This document shows, in pieces, positions 1 through 8,953 of a stretch of 52,301 nt of DNA. Made by a program: the position numbers and the translations under genes. Under the pieces are notes generated by a model. The model did not search any database and was not told the DNA's origin. It saw only the letters and a list, made by a program, of their open reading frames with translations. How positions within the stretch are numbered: the stretch's first letter is position 1; the number at the start of each line of letters is the position of its first letter. The stretch lies in assembly GCA_015233585.1 (NCBI GenBank), contig JADFXL010000001.1, forward strand, positions 1 through 52,301. Reading direction: 5' to 3'. This DNA comes from Alphaproteobacteria bacterium. GTDB taxonomy: Bacteria > Pseudomonadota > Alphaproteobacteria > Rhodospirillales > Rhodospirillaceae.

Positions 1-2
1 TC

Positions 3-98
3 CTGTTGCGCGGCCTGGATAACGTCCAGGGCGAGTGGAGCTTGGTGACCATGGCATGGAACATGAAGCGCATGTTCGTCTTGAACACCGCAATCTGA
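3..98 (+). mobile_element. 3' end of an IS transposase gene (last 31 codons; the gene continues beyond the left edge)
   Basis: The frame from nt 3 reads LLRGLDNVQGEWSLVTMAWNMKRMFVLNTAI, then TGA at 96-98. I recall this RGL..V..EW.L...A.N tail as the C-terminus of IS1182/IS5-type DDE transposases. The family call is from memory and the IS right end was not located. Confidence 0.45.
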
Positions 99-549
99 GG
101 CGGATCAAGGGCCGCCGACGCGCTAACTGAAGCCTCCTGGCGGCGCAAACCCGGTCCGGCGGCGCTCCAACGGACGCGGCGCCCCTTCCATTCCAGGGAG
201 TCCACCGGAATTATCACGCTCGGCCATCTGCCGTAAAACCAGTCCGACAGGCTGCTAGTCCTGACACGTTGCGACAGTCCGGCATCACTAGCTTTTGCTC
301 GCACGATCGGCATCAAGTGGGTACAGGGGCGATTGCCGGATGAATGCTGGCGGAAGGGCGGGGAAGAGCTGTGCACGCTCCCTGCCAAACCTCAAAATTC
401 AGTAATGCGGAAGTGACAAGCATCAAAGGCAGCACACCGGTCAACGTGATTGGCACAAGATGAATCGTAGGGGGTTCCTTCTCCAGGCTCAACCTGCTAG
501 GGTCTGCGCCGAATCACCCCTCACGATCCATAATAACGGAATCGCCGCC

Positions 550-1116
550 ATGAAGATGCAAGCCAACCTGATTCGTCCCGGCCAGATTATCGAGCACCAG
601 GGCCGCCAGTGGTCCGTGCTGAAGATCCAGCTTATCCAGCCGGGCAAGGGCGGCGCCTTCATCCAGGTCGAGATGCGTGACTTTCGCACTGGCACCAAAA
701 CCAACGAACGCTGGCGTACCGCCGATACCGTCGAAAAGCTGAACGTCGAGGAGCGTGATTGCCAGTTTCTGTTTCTTGACGACGATCACGTCACCTTCAT
801 GGACACCGAAAACTTCGAGCAGTTCGCCATGGCCCGCGACGCGATCGGCGAGCAGACCGCGTTCCTCCAGGATGGCATGGCGGTGACGGTGGATTTCGTC
901 GAGGGAACCCCGGTAGGGGTCAATCTGCCGCCAACGGTGATCATGCGGGTGGTGGAGGCCGACGCGGTGGTGAAAGGCCAGACGGCGTCCTCTTCGTACA
1001 AGCCCGGCATCCTTGAGAACGGCCTGAGAGTCATGATCCCGCCGTTCGTCGAGGCCGGAACCCGGATCGTCGTCAACACAACCGATTGCAGCTATGTGGA
1101 GCGGGCCAAGGACTGA
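550..1116 (+). CDS. efp: Translation elongation factor P
   Basis: The ORF spans 460-1116, but the conserved EF-P sequence starts at ATG 550 (MKMQANLIRPGQIIEHQG...QPGKGGAFIQVEMRD...). That start gives the typical ~188 aa length. The 30 upstream codons look like non-coding read-through. Confidence 0.9.
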   Translation: MKMQANLIRPGQIIEHQGRQWSVLKIQLIQPGKGGAFIQVEMRDFRTGTKTNERWRTADTVEKLNVEERDCQFLFLDDDHVTFMDTENFEQFAMARDAIGEQTAFLQDGMAVTVDFVEGTPVGVNLPPTVIMRVVEADAVVKGQTASSSYKPGILENGLRVMIPPFVEAGTRIVVNTTDCSYVERAKD

Positions 1117-1140
1117 GTCGTCCTTCCCCGGTAATAGACA

Positions 1141-1938
1141 GTGGCCTATCTTTCAGCAACCATGAACGTAATGACCGCTGTCGCCAAAAAAGCGGCACGA
1201 GGGCTGGTGCGTGACTTTGGCGAGGTTGAGCAACTTCAGGTATCCCTGAAAGGCACCAACGACTTTGTCAGCGCCGCCGACATCAAAGCCGAACAGACCC
1301 TTTATCGCGAATTGAAAAAGGGCCGGCCGGACTTTGGCTTTCTGCGCGAGGAAGGCGGGATCGAGGCGGGAAAGGATGCATCGCATCGGTGGATTATTGA
1401 TCCGCTCGACGGCACGACCAATTTTCTGCACGGCATTCCCCATTTTGCTATTTCGCTCGCTCTTGAGCGGGATGACGATATTATTGCCGGGGTTATCTAC
1501 AACCCTATTTCCGATGAGATGTACTATGCCGAAAAGGGCCTCGGCGCCTATCTGAATGATCGCCGCCTGCGCGTTTCGGCACGTCGGCATATCAATGAGG
1601 CGGTGATCGCCACCGGCATTCCTTTCCTGGGACGCCCCGACCATGCTCCGTTTCTGGCCCAGCTTCGCGCCGTCATGGCCGCCACGGCAGGCATTCGCCG
1701 TATGGGGTCAGCGGCACTCGATCTTGCCTATGTCGCGGCCGGGCGTTACGATGGATATTGGGAAACAGGTCTTTCCGCCTGGGATGTCGCCGCAGGCGTC
1801 ATCGTCGTACGCGAGGCCGGGGGCTACGTCACCGAGTTGAGTGGCGGACGCGATGTAATCAGGAATGGCAGCGTACTTGCCGCGAACGATCACCTCCATC
1901 AGTCTCTGGGTGACCTTCTTCGCGCGGCCAATGCGTAA
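1141..1938 (+). CDS. suhB: Inositol monophosphatase family protein (SuhB-like)
   Basis: 265-aa ORF with a GTG start. It carries the IMPase motifs WIIDPLDGTTNFLHGIPHFAISLAL and GSAALDLAYVAAGRYDGYWE. The efp-suhB adjacency is common in Alphaproteobacteria. Confidence 0.85.
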   Translation: MAYLSATMNVMTAVAKKAARGLVRDFGEVEQLQVSLKGTNDFVSAADIKAEQTLYRELKKGRPDFGFLREEGGIEAGKDASHRWIIDPLDGTTNFLHGIPHFAISLALERDDDIIAGVIYNPISDEMYYAEKGLGAYLNDRRLRVSARRHINEAVIATGIPFLGRPDHAPFLAQLRAVMAATAGIRRMGSAALDLAYVAAGRYDGYWETGLSAWDVAAGVIVVREAGGYVTELSGGRDVIRNGSVLAANDHLHQSLGDLLRAANA

Positions 1939-2056
1939 CATTTGTCACCATATCTTGTATTAATCAGGCGGTCAAAGCGCTTGTTGCCTCCTGTCTCTTT
2001 GCGTTACACTGCAAGCTGTAGCTGTTGGGGCGTCGTGAGCGTGGAGGATTGCTATT

Positions 2057-3199
2057 GTGGTGATGTTGTTCCGCCGGAATCACAGAGGCAAGGGATGGCT
2101 AACCGGGTGCGCGGCGGGGTTGGGTATCGCTCTGGCAACGCTTCCGGTTGCGGCCCAGGTTGTGATAGGCGGCACATCCCCCAGTGTCGTCGTGGATATG
2201 GGCGTGCTCGACTCGCTGGGGCCGCAGCCGAACCTGCCCAGTATGTTGCTCCCGCAAGTCAGGGAGGCCACACGGCCGCTGACTCCGATACGGCCCCCTG
2301 GGGGTAAAAGAATTGTCCCGAACGCGAGGCAGTCCACCGCTCTTAGCCGGGATGAGTTCTCTTCGCTGCTAACCAAGAACGCAGACGGGTCTCGTCCGAA
2401 ACCTTCACACCGCGTGGCCGTGGAAGACGCGAGTCTTTCCGATGCCAAACCACGGCTTCCCCAGGAGAGCCTCCGTCCGGCGATGCCGCACCCTCTGCCG
2501 CGCCCGGTTGTCGCTGCAACATCGGTGAACGTCGCACCAGAGCGGCCGGACTCACGCCCTCATAAAGCGGCCCCGACGCCCGCCCCGGAAAAGATCGTGC
2601 CACATCAGGCGCCGGTCGCCGCAGGACTGGATAACGTGCCGACAATACCGACGGTTGCGCAAGCCGTGCCGAAACCCGTCCGTCTGGCCGACATTCCACC
2701 GTTGCCCGAGATACCGAAATCGTCGCCCCCACCGAAATCGTCATCCCCGGATGTCGTTGCACCGCATGGTCTGAACGCAGATCTGGGCCTGACCCCGCCC
2801 CCACCCAAAAAGACGCAATCGCCCCCGGTGGTCGAGGCTCGGGCAGTCGACGCGGATCATCACAACACGGCAACACCTAGCGTCAGCGACGGGAGGGTAA
2901 CGCTGCCGTTCCCCGAGGACGTCTCGAAACTGTCCGAGGACGCAAAGCCAGGGTTGAAAGCCCTGGCGACTCGAATGAACCAGAATCCCGACATCAGGGT
3001 CCAGGTTCTCGCCTACGCATCGGGTACCGAGGCCACCGTCAGCAAAGCCCGCCGCTTGTCTCTGGCGCGGGCCGTGGCTGTACGTACGTTCCTTACCGAT
3101 CAGGACGTACCAAGTACGCGCATCGAACTTCGTGCACTCGGCAATCATGTCAAGGATGAGCCTGCAGATCGCGTTGATGTGGTAATTATCTCGCAATAA
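2057..3199 (+). CDS. OmpA/MotB-domain protein with a long proline-rich spacer
   Basis: N-terminal signal-like segment (GWLTGCAAGLGIALATLPVAAQ). A ~250-aa Pro-rich low-complexity region follows. The C-terminal OmpA-like peptidoglycan-binding domain reads RVQVLAYASG...ARRLSLARAVAVRTFLTDQDVPSTRIELRALG. GGAGG at 2044-2048 lies 8 nt before GTG 2057; ATG 2063 is an alternative start. Confidence 0.7.
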   Translation: MVMLFRRNHRGKGWLTGCAAGLGIALATLPVAAQVVIGGTSPSVVVDMGVLDSLGPQPNLPSMLLPQVREATRPLTPIRPPGGKRIVPNARQSTALSRDEFSSLLTKNADGSRPKPSHRVAVEDASLSDAKPRLPQESLRPAMPHPLPRPVVAATSVNVAPERPDSRPHKAAPTPAPEKIVPHQAPVAAGLDNVPTIPTVAQAVPKPVRLADIPPLPEIPKSSPPPKSSSPDVVAPHGLNADLGLTPPPPKKTQSPPVVEARAVDADHHNTATPSVSDGRVTLPFPEDVSKLSEDAKPGLKALATRMNQNPDIRVQVLAYASGTEATVSKARRLSLARAVAVRTFLTDQDVPSTRIELRALGNHVKDEPADRVDVVIISQ

Positions 3200-3215
3200 C
3201 GTGCTCATAAATATT

Positions 3216-3314
3216 AACCGAAAGCCCAAAGAACGAGGGTATGGAGTCCTCGTTCTTTGGGCCTGTCTTATTAATAGGGAGCGCGAGGGGCTTAGTCCCT
3301 CGTATCTTTATCTT
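3216..3314. repeat. Family A dispersed element, copy 1 (double hairpin, terminator-like)
   Basis: Perfect 14-bp stem at 3225-3238 / 3248-3261 (cccaaagaacgagg / cctcgttctttggg). Second hairpin is cgaggg..ccctcg, followed by the T-rich tail atctttatctt. The 3' half (3267-3314) matches 12952-13000 at about 42 of 49 aligned positions by eye. It lies between the convergent stops at 3199 (+) and 3336 (-). Confidence 0.7.
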
Positions 3315-3335
3315 AAAACAGATTTGGGGATCTGG

Positions 3336-4097
3336 TTAAAATATACGCTTGCCGCCAATATGGGTTACGAAGCCGTTTGCATCCGTGGTGATGTTCCTCG
3401 CCCTTCGTGATTCAGATGTTTTCTTCGCGACTGGTGTGGCGGGGGGAGCGGGTTCTTCGGGCAATACCTTGGAAGGTGCTGGTTCCTTAATCGGTATAAC
3501 GGAGGGCGCAACTTCCATGGCCTTTGCCATAGCGGGGGGCTGAGGTGGCGTGGCGGAGGGTGCGGGTTCCTTGGCCTTCTCTACAACGGGCGCCGCAGCG
3601 GACGTCTGAGCCGGTAAGTCGGAGACCTTAGCAGCCAACGCCACGGAAGGCTCTGGCTTCCTGGCCGGTGTGACGGGGGCCGGTAAGGACTCCCTTTGCA
3701 AAAGTCGTCTGGGCGGCAAAGATAAAGGCTGCCTTAATGCCGGTCTGCTGGCGCTGGATGCCGCATCATTTGCGGGAGTGGCGACTGGCTTTGGCAACAT
3801 GGGTAGTGGTAGCGGTGGTGAAATGGCTACGGCAGAAGTGAAACTGGCGGTGCCGATTCTCTGGCTAGCAGCCCATTTGTTGCCAAGCTCTGTCAGCACC
3901 ACGACAACGCCGGCCTGCGTCCGCTCGCGCCGAACATAGCCATTATGGGCAAGTCCCGCCACTAGAGCATCCACGCGGCTTAAATCAAGGCCAATCTCGG
4001 CGCAAATATCGGATTGTAGCGCGGTACCGCCATGGCCAATCAGGCTGCGCAAGAACTGGCGGCCATAGTCAGTGGATTTGCCGGAAGGCTGAGGCAT
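3336..4097 (-). CDS. Hypothetical protein: N-terminal winged-helix-like segment plus Pro/Ala-rich disordered tail
   Basis: The ORF runs 3336-4139 from a TTG; the first ATG is at 4097 (MPQPSGKS...). Residues ALQSDICAEIGLDLSRVDALVAGLAHNGYVRRE resemble a MarR/IclR-type HTH. The remainder is P/A/S-rich with a repeated KEPAPS motif. No family was recognised. Confidence 0.5.
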   Translation of the reverse strand: MPQPSGKSTDYGRQFLRSLIGHGGTALQSDICAEIGLDLSRVDALVAGLAHNGYVRRERTQAGVVVVLTELGNKWAASQRIGTASFTSAVAISPPLPLPMLPKPVATPANDAASSASRPALRQPLSLPPRRLLQRESLPAPVTPARKPEPSVALAAKVSDLPAQTSAAAPVVEKAKEPAPSATPPQPPAMAKAMEVAPSVIPIKEPAPSKVLPEEPAPPATPVAKKTSESRRARNITTDANGFVTHIGGKRIF

Positions 4098-4381
4098 ACG
4101 ATTTAATTCCAATACTCCCCCGGATAACGAGCCAGTCAAGCCACATTATCCTTCCCGATTAGTGATAGAAGACGGCAAATATCACCCGTGCCATCTGCCC
4201 GTTACAGCATTCAACTTTCTACGTTAGTGGGCCTCATGCAAAATAGCCGGAGAACCGAATGCCAGACAAGCCGCACCAAACAAAGTCCGCAGACGAAACA
4301 AAGAGCGGACAAGGACTCTATAACAGCCCTCGCCCGGTCAAGGCCGCGCGGAAGCGCTATCGTTGAAACAGTGATGCACCG

Positions 4382-5038
4382 TCAAATTGGCTCGATCTTC
4401 TCCGCCTGCGGGCCTTTTTGCCCGACGGTGGTGGTAACCCGAACTCGCTGCCCTTCTTGCAGATTGCCAAGTCCCGAACGTTCCAACGCCGATATATGGA
4501 CGAAAACATCCTTTCCGCCATCGTCCGGCCCCACAAACCCAAAGCCCTTTTCCACGTTAAAAAACTTCACGGTGCCATCGACAATACCACCGCCCCCACC
4601 ACCACTGAAGCCGCCCCCACTGAAACCAGAGCCAGACCCAAACCGCGAAGCCCCCGCGTCAGACCGGGAAGGCACGGCCGTTCCCATCTCCACGACTCTG
4701 CGGATCTCGTCAACTTGCGGCCCCTTCTGCCCCGGCCGCATGACGCACTCTATGACCGTTCCTTCCGGAAGGTTGTCATAGCCAGCTCGGGTAACAACGG
4801 ATACGTGCAAAAACGCATCCAAAGAGCCGTCCGAAGGCGTGACAAACCCGAATCCCTTGGTCGAATTAAACCACTTAACGGTAGCCGTCAGAGAGGGACC
4901 AGCAATTGATGGACCGGGAGTTGCCCTATCGTTGCGCCTGGTTGGCGTCAGGGGTTCAAACGGCATATCGTTGTATTCATCCCGGCGGCGATGGCCAAAC
5001 TTGCCGGGATTTCGAGTATCGTCACGCTTCCAAGCCAT
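4382..5038 (-). CDS. Cold-shock-domain protein with two tandem CSDs
   Basis: Two CSDs: [28 protein letters not shown]... and [29 protein letters not shown].... They are joined by a Gly/Ser-rich linker ([18 protein letters not shown]). The ORF extends to 5200, but the first ATG is at 5038 and another is at 4966, so the start is uncertain. Confidence 0.8.
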   Translation of the reverse strand: MAWKRDDTRNPGKFGHRRRDEYNDMPFEPLTPTRRNDRATPGPSIAGPSLTATVKWFNSTKGFGFVTPSDGSLDAFLHVSVVTRAGYDNLPEGTVIECVMRPGQKGPQVDEIRRVVEMGTAVPSRSDAGASRFGSGSGFSGGGFSGGGGGGIVDGTVKFFNVEKGFGFVGPDDGGKDVFVHISALERSGLGNLQEGQRVRVTTTVGQKGPQAEKIEPI

Positions 5039-5470
5039 TCCTAAGTCGCCCAATTTAATTAGAACACAGCCGCCGGTCTCAACGGACCGGGAGTCGGCCA
5101 ACCTTTGCCAAAGCCACCCAGGACTCCGACACCGAAACCATGCTACAGCGACTCCACCGGTCCAGAGCGGCGCTACGCCGAATGCCACACGAAAAACCAA
5201 AACCGTCGCGTACCAGGAAAGTTTCCTACCATACTCAGAAATGCGTCAAGTAGGAAGGCCAATTCTGCCAATAAAAAATGTCATGGCACCCCATACCCAG
5301 GTAATCACCAACGTTTGCACCGCGCCCCCACCTGATCAGGACAAACGGTGGCCAGGGCCGCCGCCTCAGGATGCTGCAATCCACCCGCAAACTACATCCA
5401 GTGGCGACAAACCAAATGCTTCCGTCACCGACTCGCCCATTTCCAGCTAGAGTGTTGTGGCAACATTCAT

Positions 5471-5962
5471 CTATTTCACGGCGAGAATGGCGGGCCTCAA
5501 AGCTTCCAGAACCTGAATATACATATCCCGTTTGAACGGCACGATCTGAGCGGCGATATCGTCCAGCGAGGCCCATTTCCATCTGGCGAATTCGCGTGAG
5601 GGACCAGAGATGTCTATATCCCCATCGTCACCGGTAAAACGCATGACAAACCACTTCTGTTGCTGCCCGCGATAGCGACCATGCCATACCTTGTCGGCCA
5701 GTTCTGGAGGCAGATCGTAGGTGAACCAATCGGCACTTTCCGACACGACATCGGCTTTATCGGTTCCCGTTTCCTCTTTAAGCTCCCGTAGTGCCGCCTC
5801 AATCGGCGTTTCCCCTTCGTCGATTCCGCCCTGTGGCAACTGCCAGGCTGGCTCCGGCGTATCCACGCGCTGTCCGGCAAAGACCAAACCATCACCACTG
5901 AGCAATATTACGCCAACACCGCGACGATAGGGGCGCATGGCGAATGGCAACTTCTGCTTCAT
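5471..5962 (-). CDS. rppH: RNA pyrophosphohydrolase (Nudix)
   Basis: Nudix box [22 protein letters not shown]. The N-terminus [10 protein letters not shown] and the ~160-aa length are typical of RppH/NudH. The ATG overlaps the upstream stop (ATGA at 5959-5962). Confidence 0.85.
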   Translation of the reverse strand: MKQKLPFAMRPYRRGVGVILLSGDGLVFAGQRVDTPEPAWQLPQGGIDEGETPIEAALRELKEETGTDKADVVSESADWFTYDLPPELADKVWHGRYRGQQQKWFVMRFTGDDGDIDISGPSREFARWKWASLDDIAAQIVPFKRDMYIQVLEALRPAILAVK

Positions 5963-7503
5963 TTGTCATTTCCCAACTGAACCAACGCTGAAAGCGGGGC
6001 GATGGATATCCCCTTCCCTTCCAGGGATGCAATCCACACCACCATACGATCCATGGTGACGGGATAAGCCGACGCCGTACCAACCGCTCGTTTCGACGTT
6101 TTGGCCAGATTCGCAAGATAGTCCAGCCTGGCGTTTATGGCCGCCGCGAAAGGGCGCTCATCAATAACCAGATTGACCATGGCGTAATTCAGGTTTGGCG
6201 GCGCGCCACCGACGATGACGCCACTGCCGGTGACGCCATTGTCAACGTAAATCAGACCACGATCCGCCAACGCCATCAAAACCGGCAGAAAATGGGTGGG
6301 TTTGGTAAGAAAGCGCGATCCCATGTACGCGACAATTCCGGTATACCCGGTACAGCGTCCCAACACCGTCTCCAGCCGCTCGATATTCTCCTGTGGCGAC
6401 AACACCGTCAGCAAGCCATAAGAGCCAGGATCCTGTATGGGAAAGTTGTTCGGCTCCATCGGCATATCAAGCATCACTTCGTGACCCCGCTCACGAGCGC
6501 GCTCGATCCAGCGTTTCAGACCATCGGCATAGGGGCTGAAAGACAAGGTAACGTCGGCAGGCAACCGTTCGATCGCAGCTTCGGTGGCCTCCCGCTGGAG
6601 TCCAAGCTCGGTTATGATAATCGCCACGCGGGGCCGTCTGCTGCTGCCGGAAAAGGGGCGGGCGTAAGCCTTCCATGGCTGTTTCCCCTCCCCCGACACC
6701 ACCGGCAACAGTCCACGGTCGGTCTTGTTCACCAAATCCGCCAGCGGCGCCGGCACCAGCGGTTCACTTTTTGGCGGTTTGGGCAGGTGATCGTAGCTGG
6801 GTGGCTCGCGTTCCGGCTCGGAAGAAAGCACCGGAATCGGGGGTTCCACCAATGCCAGCCGCGTCGGCGGTGCTCCCCGGTCCGAAGAAGGGGCTGGCTT
6901 CGCTTCGCCACCAACCGCCCCGGCGGGTGCTTTTGGTTCGGTGGCTTTACCTTTGTCTTCGCTCTCGCCAAGTTTTGGCGCGGCAGCCCCCTTCTCGGCC
7001 CCACCTTCGCCATTCGCAGATTGTTTCGAAGCCGGTTCGTTACTTCCGTGGGGGGCAGGCTCTGCTCCTCCCCCCGTCAACCAAGGACGTCGACTCGGCG
7101 AACGGTCTGAACTGGACGGATCAGCCAGGGGCGGAGCCAACAGACTGGTCCCTGGTGTTTCCGAACCGGATCGTGGCGGCATTGCCAACTCGACAACGGC
7201 GGCTTCCCGAACACCACCCTCGACAACAGGCTCGCCACCGGACCCAAACGCCCAATAGCCAACCAAACCACCGACAACCCCCACCCCCACCAAACTTCCG
7301 GCAATGACCGGCCAACTGAAACGGCCAGTCTTTTGTTTTCTGCCTTCAGCTTCCTCTTCATCGTCGTAAGTCGCATCGTCTGCGCTGTCGCCGTCGCTAA
7401 GCCCCAACAACGAAGCAATCAACGACGGCAGTTTTTCGTCTTCGGCATCAATATCGCCGAATAAGTCCGATCCAGCCGTGCCCCGTCCAAAAGGAAGCTT
7501 CAA
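5959..7503 (-). CDS. Divergent polysaccharide deacetylase family protein (YibQ-like) with a disordered N-terminal half
   Basis: The C-terminal ~250 aa read [12 protein letters not shown]...TLSFSPYA...[11 protein letters not shown]...YMGSRF, as in the YibQ / divergent polysaccharide deacetylase family. The N-terminus has an acidic stretch, one TM segment ([23 protein letters not shown]) and a P/S/G/A-rich region. Only a TTG start is available at 7503. Confidence 0.7.
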   Translation of the reverse strand: MKLPFGRGTAGSDLFGDIDAEDEKLPSLIASLLGLSDGDSADDATYDDEEEAEGRKQKTGRFSWPVIAGSLVGVGVVGGLVGYWAFGSGGEPVVEGGVREAAVVELAMPPRSGSETPGTSLLAPPLADPSSSDRSPSRRPWLTGGGAEPAPHGSNEPASKQSANGEGGAEKGAAAPKLGESEDKGKATEPKAPAGAVGGEAKPAPSSDRGAPPTRLALVEPPIPVLSSEPEREPPSYDHLPKPPKSEPLVPAPLADLVNKTDRGLLPVVSGEGKQPWKAYARPFSGSSRRPRVAIIITELGLQREATEAAIERLPADVTLSFSPYADGLKRWIERARERGHEVMLDMPMEPNNFPIQDPGSYGLLTVLSPQENIERLETVLGRCTGYTGIVAYMGSRFLTKPTHFLPVLMALADRGLIYVDNGVTGSGVIVGGAPPNLNYAMVNLVIDERPFAAAINARLDYLANLAKTSKRAVGTASAYPVTMDRMVVWIASLEGKGISIAPLSALVQLGNDK

Positions 7504-7582
7504 ACTCGCATACTCGACTGGATGTTGCCGCTCATTCAGAGCAATCGCAGATCATGCAATCCCTCTGATTTGCCGCGTCTCA

Positions 7583-8953
7583 TCAATTTCCCGACTTCGA
7601 CAACCGATACAAGGACAGGCTGTGCAAAATATCGAAGGCGCGCCCAAGCTGGTAGTCCTCTGGGGTGCCAAGCTTCGGTTCACCCGAAAGCCCATCCGGT
7701 GCCGCCGGGGTCTTGTCCTTAGGGTCTTTGGGGTCCTTGGACGGCGTGTCCTTGGGCGACTGCGTGTCCTTGTCGTTGGCATCGCTTTCGCCTTTGGCCG
7801 AGTTGGGATTCCGCAGGGCATGGCGAAGTTCGGACTCGCTACGGGGATGAGAACTGCCGTTCTCCAGCGCTTCTAGACGAGCCTGCTCGATCACGACATC
7901 GGGCGTGATGCCGACTCCCTGGATGGAGCGTCCCGAGGGGGTGTAATAGCGCGCCGTTGTCAAACGCATGGCGCCACGGCTGGGCAGCGGGATGATGGTC
8001 TGTACCGAACCCTTGCCGAAGGAACGAGTCCCAACCACGATCGCCCGTCGTTGATCCTGCAAAGCGCCCGCTACGATCTCCGCCGCCGAGGCCGAGCCGT
8101 CGTTAATCAGGACCACCATAGGCAATCCCCGGATCTGGTCGCCCTTGTGGGCATTGAAGCGCTGAATGTCCTCAGGCCGCCGGGACCGCGTCGAGACAAT
8201 CTCGCCATAGTCCAGAAAAGCGTTCGACACGGCAATTGCCTGATCCAGAAGGCCACCGGGATTATTACGCAGATCCAGGACGATGCCCTGGAGCTTGTCG
8301 CCTTCCTTTTCCTTGATCTCCTTGAGCGCGGCATCGAGTCCGGTATCGGTGCGTTGATTGAACTGGGTGATGCGAATATACCCCATGTCGTTTTCAATGC
8401 TGGACTTCACCGACTGAATCTTTACCACCGCGCGGGTCAGCGTGAGATCAAACGGATTTTTTCCCTCACGACGAATCGTGAGGCGAATGTCCGAATTGGC
8501 CGGACCGCGCATCTTGTCCACCGCCTCATTGAGGGTCAGACCGAGCACCGCCTTGCCGTCGATATGGGTGATATAATCGCCCGGCTTGATACCCGCACGA
8601 GAAGCCGGCGTATCGTCTATGGGCGAAACCACCTTGACCCACCCGTTGTCGAGCGTGACCTCGATACCGAGTCCGCCGAATTCCCCCTCGGTCTGGACCT
8701 GCATGTCCTTGTAGCTCTTCGGATTCATGTAACCCGAATGGGGGTCCAGCGAGGACAACATGCCGTTCACGGCATTTTCGACCAGCGTCTCATCGCTGAC
8801 CTCGTCAACATAGTCGCGGCGCGTTCGTTCAAAAACGTCGCCGAACAAGTCCAGCACCCGGTAGGTGTCGTTATCATTATGCTGCCCTGCAAACCCCGGT
8901 ACAGGAGCTAGCCACACAGCCGCGCCGAGCGCGATAACAGCCTTTCGTATCAT
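7583..8953 (-). CDS. ctpA: S41 family carboxy-terminal processing peptidase
   Basis: Signal peptide, then a PDZ region (GLGIEV...ASRAGIKPGDYITHIDG). The S41 catalytic region reads VLINDGSASAAEIVAGALQD...GTRSFGKGSVQT. Confidence 0.88.
   Translation of the reverse strand: MIRKAVIALGAAVWLAPVPGFAGQHNDNDTYRVLDLFGDVFERTRRDYVDEVSDETLVENAVNGMLSSLDPHSGYMNPKSYKDMQVQTEGEFGGLGIEVTLDNGWVKVVSPIDDTPASRAGIKPGDYITHIDGKAVLGLTLNEAVDKMRGPANSDIRLTIRREGKNPFDLTLTRAVVKIQSVKSSIENDMGYIRITQFNQRTDTGLDAALKEIKEKEGDKLQGIVLDLRNNPGGLLDQAIAVSNAFLDYGEIVSTRSRRPEDIQRFNAHKGDQIRGLPMVVLINDGSASAAEIVAGALQDQRRAIVVGTRSFGKGSVQTIIPLPSRGAMRLTTARYYTPSGRSIQGVGITPDVVIEQARLEALENGSSHPRSESELRHALRNPNSAKGESDANDKDTQSPKDTPSKDPKDPKDKTPAAPDGLSGEPKLGTPEDYQLGRAFDILHSLSLYRLSKSGN

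Noticed and set aside
460-549. 30-codon N-terminal extension of the efp ORF
   Set aside because: EF-P homology and the canonical ~188-aa length begin at ATG 550.
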